Source: Candidatus Woesearchaeota archaeon (GTDB taxonomy: Archaea > Nanobdellota > Nanobdellia > Woesearchaeales > ARS49). Taken from it: a stretch of 64,000 bases of DNA. The stretch lies in NCBI GenBank assembly GCA_016188265.1, contig JACPID010000003.1:1-64000 (forward strand), given 5' to 3'. The notes under the pieces were generated by a model that ran no database searches, had not been told where the DNA came from, and saw nothing but the letters and a program-made list of their open reading frames with translations. This document shows positions 57,319 through 64,000 of the stretch, in pieces; the stretch's first letter is position 1; every line of letters begins with the position of its first letter. The position numbers were made by a program, and so were the translations under genes.

Positions 57319-60300
57319 CTAACCAAAATATGCTGGTTTTTCTTCACTCATTTGTTTTCCTTTGGCAGCACTAAAGTGTTCACCTAATTCTTCATAAGCC
57401 TTTTCAACATCTTTATTTGCACTCGGGCGTACTTTCTTTAATGCATCATCAAAATGCTTTTGAGAAATAACCTTTGAATTAATGTCTTCACGTAAAGCAA
57501 AAATAGCAGCTTCACGGCATACTGCTTCAATATCTGCACCTGCATAACCTTGTGTACGTTCTGCAAGATCAGTAATTTTAACTTCTTTAAGAGGCATATT
57601 TTTTGTATGGACCTTAAATATTTCTTCTCGGGTTTTTTTATCAGGAACAGGAGTAAGTATTATACGGTCAAACCTTCCAGGACGCAATAACGCTGTATCA
57701 AGCATATCTGGCCTATTAGTTGCGCCTACAACAACAACATCATGCAATGATTCTATACCATCAATTTCAGTTAATAATTGATTTACAACACGCTCAACAA
57801 CATGATTATCACCATCAGCACCTCTTCTAGGAGCAAGACTATCAATTTCATCAAAGAAAATTATTGTTGGAGCTGTTTGGCGCGCTTTCTTAAAAACCTC
57901 GCGAACAGCCTTCTCGCTTTCGCCCAACCATTTACTCAAAAGTTCCGGCCCTTTAACACTTATAAAATTAGCCTCACTTTCCTTGGCAATTGCTTTTGCT
58001 AATAATGTTTTTCCAGTGCCTGGCGCTCCATACACTAAAACTCCTTTTGGCGGTTTTACTCCAAGACGCTGAAATGCTTCAGGATGTTTTAAAGGCCATT
58101 CAATAGCTTCTTTAAGTTCTTGTTTAGCTGCGTCTAATCCGCCAATATCAGACCAGCTGACATTCGGTGTTTCAACAAAAACCTCACGCAATGCAGACGG
58201 CCGAACAACTTTAAGCGCTTCTTTAAAATCATCACGAGTAACAAGCAATTTTTCAAGAATTTCTTTAGGTATTGCTTCAGTCTGATCATATTTTAAATCA
58301 GGAAAAACTTTTCTAAGAACAATCATAGCAGCTTCTTTTGCAAGAGCTGAAAGATCAGCCCCAACAAAACCGTGAGTAATTGCTGCAAGCTCCTTAAGAT
58401 CAACATCTTTTGCAAGAGGCATATTTCTTGTATGAATTTTAAGAATTGTTAAACGACCTTCTTTATTAGGAACACCTATTTCAAGTTCTCTATCAAAACG
58501 ACCTGGACGGCGAAGAGCTGGATCTAAAATATTTGGAACATTAGTAGCAGCAATAACAATAATTTTACCTCTACTTTTTAAGCCATCCATTAAAGCAAGC
58601 AATTGCGCAACAACACGGCGTTCAACCTCTCCTCTTGTTTCTTCACGCTTACTTGCAATAGCATCAATTTCATCAATAAAAATAATAGACGGCGCATTTT
58701 TTTCAGCTTCTTCAAATTTTTTACGAATGTTTTCTTCACTTGCTCCGTAGTATTTGCTGTTATGTAATAATAATAGGTTGCCAGCAACAAAATTATTTTT
58801 ATCTACTGTAAAATCATATAACTCTTGGTCAGGGAGGATTTGTTTATTTTTGATGTATTCCCATGCAATATCTTTTCGCATTAAAGTATTGTATTCTGCC
58901 TTAATATCAGAACTTAATTTATTTTCTCTACTAATAATGTTGTATAACTTTTGTAAAGTGTATTTAGTAAATCTGCCTTTTCCATAAACATAGTAATCAT
59001 TATTTCTATATTTGTTATAAGCAACTGTTTTTCTTAGTTTATCCAAAAGAAGATGCGGCGTTGGTATGTTTGCGTGTTCTTTTTCTTTGATAGCTTCTGT
59101 TATTAAATTTAGTTTGTCTTGTTTTATTCTGCTTCCTACTTGTTTCGCAAAACTAATGCGCCCTTCATGACCGCGAATAACTAATGCAAACATAATTCCT
59201 TTTGGTGTTGGATGTTTTTTAAGAAATGTTTGAATTAGTAATTTAGAATTTAATAATGCTTGTAATTCTATCAAAAATTCTTTTGATTTTGAATATATTT
59301 TTGGCGTAGGATAATGGATGATTTTTTGTTTTGTTTTGATTGTTTGAATAGAAACTGTTCCATCACCATCAAAATATCCTCTAATGAACGCTGCTACTTC
59401 TTCTTTTGGAAGACTATAGAAGTATGGTGGAAGCGTGTCTGTCTTTTTGCCAGGATGCAATCCTAATAAGCCTAAGTACTTAACTAAAATAGCAGAATAT
59501 GTTGCTACTCTTCCATCATGCATTTCAGTTATTTTTTCTGCAGGGATATCAAAGAGCTTGTTGAGAAGCAATTTGAATTGATTCCTTAGAAGGGGATTAT
59601 TATTTGCAAAAACTACAGCATCGCCTTTTTTACTTATGTGTCCGTCAGACCAAATTAATCCTAATAATTCAAGAAGATCTGAACTGGTTTTTTTAGGCAG
59701 TTGTATAAAATTGCTGCGATTAATATTTTTTGATATAAGACTGTATTTTTTATTTTTGCAGACTAATTTAGGAATATTTTTTATCGGTATAATACGTGAT
59801 TTTTTAGGTAAATTTATTTCTCCAATACGTGCAACAAAATCTCCCTCTTTTAATTCTTCTAATCTTCTCCAAACAAGTTTGCCGCAACTGTACGTTAAAA
59901 AAGGTTGATTAAATGACCCTTTGACTTCATTCCCGTCGCTTAATATGATTTTAATTGCAGGCCCTTTTAATTTTACTACATGTGTTATTTTTGCTTTTGT
60001 AATCTTGTTATTTTTTTCATCAAGTGCATATGTTGTTAAAGGTTTTTTAAATTCAACAACATCAATTGATCCTAATTTTTTCTCTACACCTTTTGCATTG
60101 TCAAATATTTTTTTTGCAGTAACATGTCCTTTTGGGTTTAAGAATATTTTTGTATCTCCATCAACACACATAATCTCAGGACCATTAATAGAAATAAAGT
60201 GTGAATTTGTTTCATTTGCAACTGCTTTTGCTAATAATGTTTTCCCAGTGCCTGGAGGCCCGTGCAATAAAACACCTTTTGGCGGTTCTATGCCTAAACG

Positions 60301-61005
60301 CTCAAAAATTTCAGGATGTTTTAATGGCAATTCAACCATTTCACGTATTTTTTTAATTTCATCTTCCAAACCACCTATATCTTCATAAGCAACTTCAGGT
60401 AAAGTTTCTTCTTTTACTGCAACTGCTTCAGGATTTAAAGTAACATCTGTTGCTTCAGTAATGATAACAGGCCCTTTTGGATTTGTTTCTGCAACAATAA
60501 ACTTAAGATCCCCAAAACCAAAACCACCCATCATACTTTCTTCCATCATAGAAAACACATCCTCAAAAAAAGGACTTCCACTCATAGCAGCACGCCTTCT
60601 TTTTGTTCCACCTAAAGAAATAACATCACCTTTTACAACAGCTCTTCCTAACAAACCTTGCTTGAACAAATTAGAAGAAGCGCGAACAACAATACCTTCA
60701 CGCGCGGGTGCAATAATAACCTTTTTAGCATGGTCAATTTTTACAGCACGCACTTTAATCATTTCACCAATAGAAGTTTTAGCATTTTTACGAATTAAAT
60801 TATCCATACGGATCATATTTAATCCAATATCACCAGGATAAGCGCGATCCACAAGTGCAACAGTTTTTCTTCCGCCTTCTATCTCAACAATGTCCCCAGG
60901 ATGAACCCCTATATCTCTCATGAGATTACTATCTATACGAATAATGCCTTTACTAACATCATCCTGTATAGCTTCAGCAACTTTCAATCTCAGATCATTT
61001 ACCAT
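57319..61005 (-). CDS. cdc48: CDC48/VCP AAA+ ATPase with an intein (758 aa after splicing)
   Basis: N-domain; two AAA modules ([23 protein letters not shown]); insertion after INGPEIM. Confidence 0.96.
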   Translation of the reverse strand: MVNDLRLKVAEAIQDDVSKGIIRIDSNLMRDIGVHPGDIVEIEGGRKTVALVDRAYPGDIGLNMIRMDNLIRKNAKTSIGEMIKVRAVKIDHAKKVIIAPAREGIVVRASSNLFKQGLLGRAVVKGDVISLGGTKRRRAAMSGSPFFEDVFSMMEESMMGGFGFGDLKFIVAETNPKGPVIITEATDVTLNPEAVAVKEETLPEVAYEDIGGLEDEIKKIREMVELPLKHPEIFERLGIEPPKGVLLHGPPGTGKTLLAKAVANETNSHFISINGPEIMCVDGDTKIFLNPKGHVTAKKIFDNAKGVEKKLGSIDVVEFKKPLTTYALDEKNNKITKAKITHVVKLKGPAIKIILSDGNEVKGSFNQPFLTYSCGKLVWRRLEELKEGDFVARIGEINLPKKSRIIPIKNIPKLVCKNKKYSLISKNINRSNFIQLPKKTSSDLLELLGLIWSDGHISKKGDAVVFANNNPLLRNQFKLLLNKLFDIPAEKITEMHDGRVATYSAILVKYLGLLGLHPGKKTDTLPPYFYSLPKEEVAAFIRGYFDGDGTVSIQTIKTKQKIIHYPTPKIYSKSKEFLIELQALLNSKLLIQTFLKKHPTPKGIMFALVIRGHEGRISFAKQVGSRIKQDKLNLITEAIKEKEHANIPTPHLLLDKLRKTVAYNKYRNNDYYVYGKGRFTKYTLQKLYNIISRENKLSSDIKAEYNTLMRKDIAWEYIKNKQILPDQELYDFTVDKNNFVAGNLLLLHNSKYYGASEENIRKKFEEAEKNAPSIIFIDEIDAIASKREETRGEVERRVVAQLLALMDGLKSRGKIIVIAATNVPNILDPALRRPGRFDRELEIGVPNKEGRLTILKIHTRNMPLAKDVDLKELAAITHGFVGADLSALAKEAAMIVLRKVFPDLKYDQTEAIPKEILEKLLVTRDDFKEALKVVRPSALREVFVETPNVSWSDIGGLDAAKQELKEAIEWPLKHPEAFQRLGVKPPKGVLVYGAPGTGKTLLAKAIAKESEANFISVKGPELLSKWLGESEKAVREVFKKARQTAPTIIFFDEIDSLAPRRGADGDNHVVERVVNQLLTEIDGIESLHDVVVVGATNRPDMLDTALLRPGRFDRIILTPVPDKKTREEIFKVHTKNMPLKEVKITDLAERTQGYAGADIEAVCREAAIFALREDINSKVISQKHFDDALKKVRPSANKDVEKAYEELGEHFSAAKGKQMSEEKPAYFG
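58759..60168 (-). mobile_element. 470-aa intein with LAGLIDADG homing endonuclease
   Basis: Starts CVDGDT, ends LLHN followed by Ser; LLGLIWSDG and [10 protein letters not shown] motifs; removal restores GPEIM-SKYYG. Confidence 0.95.
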
Positions 61006-61026
61006 TCACAAACCCTCAGAATAAAT

Positions 61027-61455
61027 TTAAGTTGATTTGCCAGAATCAATTTGTTTTGCTTCAACACGTGGTAATTGAATTGGCGGTGGAAGGTTAAGCT
61101 CTCGTGTAAGTATTAATGCTTCAATATGAGCTCTTGATAATACTGCATTTAAAACAGGAACCATAATTTCTGGTGAAACTTTTTTATCCTTTTTCCAATT
61201 CTTCAATACCTTTTCAGTTTCATCAAGTGAATCAAGCCATAAAACATCACCTTCTAAACGAAGTGTAGCAACATCAGGATCATATTGTGAAACAAAATCA
61301 AAAGTAAACTTAAGCGCTCCTTGTTTAGATGTAACACGAAGATCTGCTTTCTCTACATTAAGGATATTTGCATTACTTTGAATGTTAACTTTTCCGTCTA
61401 CAGCTTTCTTTTTCTCCAGATTAATTTTTGTAAAGCCTAAACCAAGTACAGTCAT
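61027..61455 (-). CDS. Hypothetical protein upstream of cdc48
   Basis: 142 aa ending LNLPPPIQLP; 21 bp from the cdc48 start. Confidence 0.75.
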   Translation of the reverse strand: MTVLGLGFTKINLEKKKAVDGKVNIQSNANILNVEKADLRVTSKQGALKFTFDFVSQYDPDVATLRLEGDVLWLDSLDETEKVLKNWKKDKKVSPEIMVPVLNAVLSRAHIEALILTRELNLPPPIQLPRVEAKQIDSGKST

Positions 61456-61510
61456 GGTATTTTCAAGATGCCACTAATTTATAAATTTTATGTTCTTGTC
61501 TTAGCTTGAC

Positions 61511-62461
61511 ATGTTGAAAACTGCATTGCAAATTCAAATAAGCAATAACTGCACTACAAATTCAGTTCAAACATTGCCTAAAAACCTGCTTTTTATAGAG
61601 CAATTTGAGCAAAAAGTTAAGCAAACAATTAAAAGATTTTCCATGTTTAAACCAGATGATAAAATTCTTGTTGCAGTAAGCGGAGGCAAAGACAGTACTG
61701 CAGTTTTGTATACCCTGAAAAAATTCGGATACAAATTTGAAGCAGTAACTGTTGATGCACATATTGGTTGTTATACAGAACAAAATCTTAAAAACATTAG
61801 AAAACATTGCCAAAATTTAGGAATTATCCTTCATGAAATTCCTTTTAGAAAGGTTTTTGGAGCTAGTTTATGTTTTATAAAAGACACATTAAGCCAAAAA
61901 GGATTTAATTTAAAGTCATGCACTGTGTGCGGTGTTCTTAGAAGGTATATTTTAAATAAAAAAGCAAGAGAAATTGGAGCTACAAAACTAGTTACAGGCC
62001 ATAATTTAGATGATGAATCTCAGGCTTTTTTTATGAATTTAATGAAGAACAAACTTGATTTATGCGCACGCTCAGGCCCTGTTAATGGAATGTCAAAGCA
62101 CAAAAATCTTGTCCAGCGAGTAAAGCCATTATACTTAACACGTGAAGAGGATATTGTTAAATACAGCAAAATGATGCAGTTTCCTGTTTATTACGGAAAA
62201 TGCCCTTGTTCTGTTGAGGGTTTTAGAAATTCTATAAAAGACGGACTAAATAATGTTGAGGAAAAATTTCCAAAAGCTAAAGAAAATATTATAAATTACT
62301 TTTTAAATATCCGTGACAAACTCCAAAAAAATTACGCATTAAATAAAGCACCTGATGAATGCATTCATTGCGGTGAACCATGTTCTAGTGAGATTTGCCG
62401 CGCTTGTAAAATACTTGTTGACTTTAAAATAATGGCAGAGGCTCCTGAAATTTTAGCATGA
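61511..62461 (+). CDS. tRNA 2-thiolation protein (TtuA/Ctu1/NcsA family)
   Basis: SGGKDS PP-loop, CTVCGVLRR, TGHNLDD, CP, C-terminal CxxC...CxxC; start uncertain. Confidence 0.9.
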   Translation: MLKTALQIQISNNCTTNSVQTLPKNLLFIEQFEQKVKQTIKRFSMFKPDDKILVAVSGGKDSTAVLYTLKKFGYKFEAVTVDAHIGCYTEQNLKNIRKHCQNLGIILHEIPFRKVFGASLCFIKDTLSQKGFNLKSCTVCGVLRRYILNKKAREIGATKLVTGHNLDDESQAFFMNLMKNKLDLCARSGPVNGMSKHKNLVQRVKPLYLTREEDIVKYSKMMQFPVYYGKCPCSVEGFRNSIKDGLNNVEEKFPKAKENIINYFLNIRDKLQKNYALNKAPDECIHCGEPCSSEICRACKILVDFKIMAEAPEILA

Positions 62462-63024
62462 TGGATATTGTTTTTCCTAATAATAATGAAAATGAGTTTT
62501 TAGACATGGCTGAAAAACTCAGCATTAAAAAATTAATTTTTGCATATACAGAAAAATCTCAGATAAAAAAAATCAAAGACGTAAAAACTGCTTTTTTGTG
62601 CGATGCTGAAAATGTTGATTTATCAAGAAAATATGCTGATTTTACCATAGTGAAAAGCGCTGGAAATGATAGGTTTTCTTTAGAACGTGCAAAACCAGAT
62701 TTCATGTTTGGCTTTGAAGAAATTGCTCAAAAAGACTCATTACACCAGCGCGCTTCAGGCTTAAATCAAGTGCTTTGCTCTATTGCATCAAGAAATAAAA
62801 TCAATATTTTATTTAATTTTAACATAATTCTAAAAGCTTCAGAAATTAAACGTGCACTTTTTATTGGCAGAATGATGCAAAACTCAATTCTTTGCAAGAA
62901 GTATAAAGTTCCTCATGCTTTTGTTTCTTTTGCACACTCGCCAAAAGAACTTCGTTCTCCAAAAGATCTGGAAAGTTTTTTCTCTTTACTAGGAATCACA
63001 CAGAAATTAGACGTATATTCTTAA
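62458..63024 (+). CDS. rnp3: RNase P protein component Rpp30-like
   Basis: LHQRASGLNQVL...A, LCKKYKVP, SFA...ELRSPKDL. Confidence 0.75.
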   Translation: MMDIVFPNNNENEFLDMAEKLSIKKLIFAYTEKSQIKKIKDVKTAFLCDAENVDLSRKYADFTIVKSAGNDRFSLERAKPDFMFGFEEIAQKDSLHQRASGLNQVLCSIASRNKINILFNFNIILKASEIKRALFIGRMMQNSILCKKYKVPHAFVSFAHSPKELRSPKDLESFFSLLGITQKLDVYS

Positions 63025-63529
63025 TACATTCTTCTAAAATTTGTTTATTCTTTATTTTTTTACAAATTTTTTCATCAAGTTTTTTAAATGCAATTTTTGC
63101 TTTTACAATATCTTGACACTGAACTTTTTTTGCTTCAAAATATTCTTCATCATACAATACCATGCTTAAACATTCTTCTTTCAAAACATTATCACTTAAT
63201 TCTTCACAACCCTCCTTATTGTGCAAAGCTCGTGCCTTACACCAAATATCTTTTTCAGGACAAAGATCAGGCCTTTTTTCTACAACAGCTTTACAATAAT
63301 CATCTTCACAAGGCACTGAATAATGCCTTATTTCTAGCTTACAAAATTCATTTGGACAAATATTTTCATCTTTTGTTTCTAGCGCTAATGAGTATAACTT
63401 ATCATTTTCTACTTCTTGTTCACATAAACTTAATTCTTCCCTGTATTCTTTTGCGCTAAAATAATGCCAAAAAAATAATCCAATTATTAATATAAGCAAT
63501 ACAAAAACAATTGCCACTCCTTTTTTCAT
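62996..63529 (-). CDS. Secreted or membrane-anchored Cys-rich repeat protein
   Basis: N-terminal TM; repeated A....D...C......C motifs. Confidence 0.7.
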   Translation of the reverse strand: MKKGVAIVFVLLILIIGLFFWHYFSAKEYREELSLCEQEVENDKLYSLALETKDENICPNEFCKLEIRHYSVPCEDDYCKAVVEKRPDLCPEKDIWCKARALHNKEGCEELSDNVLKEECLSMVLYDEEYFEAKKVQCQDIVKAKIAFKKLDEKICKKIKNKQILEECIKNIRLISV

Positions 63530-63606
63530 GTTATACTATAATTTCTTTTAGTTTATATTTGTTACTGATACTATAGCAAAATTTATTAATAAAGTAGTAT
63601 ATTTAG

Positions 63607-63700
63607 TATAGGCGCCGAACTTAATAATTGTATAAATAATAGTTAAGTTCGGCGAATATAACAAACGCAAAAATTATGAAAATATAGTGCGTTTGCTATA
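63607..63700 (+). repeat. Double-hairpin element, family C
   Basis: CGCCGAACTTAA/TTAAGTTCGGCG and TATAACAAACGCA/TGCGTTTGCTATA, each with an 18-nt loop ending ATAG. Confidence 0.75.
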
Positions 63701-63720
63701 TAATAAAAGAGGAATAAGTA

Positions 63721-64000
63721 ATGCGATGGATCATTGCAATAAGCGTCATACTAATTGTACTTCCATTAACTAATGCAGTTGTATTTGATTATTATATTGG
63801 TGAAGCTAATTCTATACACCTTTTACCAGGCCAGAAGCAAGAATTGCCTACAAAACAGTTTATGATTTACTTAAATTCTTGCGGCAGTGTTGCAAGAAAT
63901 AGATGTTCTTCCCTGTCAAGTTTTAATGCTGTTATTGATAGTGTTTCTCTTCCAGGCCATAATCCAGGAGTTGATGTTTTTGCTTGTTATACTGCTGTTT
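63721..64000 (+). CDS. Secreted protein, N-terminal part (runs off the window)
   Basis: MRWIIAISVILIVLPLTNAVVF signal peptide; open to the window end; SD-like AGAGG upstream. Confidence 0.7.
   Translation, partial: MRWIIAISVILIVLPLTNAVVFDYYIGEANSIHLLPGQKQELPTKQFMIYLNSCGSVARNRCSSLSSFNAVIDSVSLPGHNPGVDVFACYTAV

Overview
An AT-rich, gene-dense segment of an archaeal chromosome. Archaeal markers include Rpo11, Dph5, L35Ae, GatDE, HerA/Mre11, CDC48, Rpp30, the oap cluster, TATA-box promoters and BHB-type tRNA introns. The compact layout, bacterial-type AspRS and Cys-rich secreted proteins suggest a DPANN lineage, probably Woesearchaeota-like (inference). Most genes are housekeeping. The main surprise is two GGDEF diguanylate cyclases with intact catalytic motifs in archaeal operons: one is coupled to herA near mre11, the other lies between a DHH phosphoesterase and a membrane glycosyltransferase-like gene. 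Together they suggest c-di-GMP signalling in an archaeon. Other notable items: three unrelated families of ~90-bp double-hairpin elements sharing one architecture; a tRNA-Arg with a 71-nt T-loop intron built from heptamer repeats; an unassigned ~270-nt structured RNA; recurring GGCG-loop hairpins in the ftsZ leader; an origin-like AT-rich region next to three wHTH genes; a CDC48 intein; three toxin-antitoxin-type pairs plus a partial PIN gene; and a transposase remnant. No CRISPR array, rRNA or intact transposase was found. All calls come from motif recognition by eye; no searches were run.
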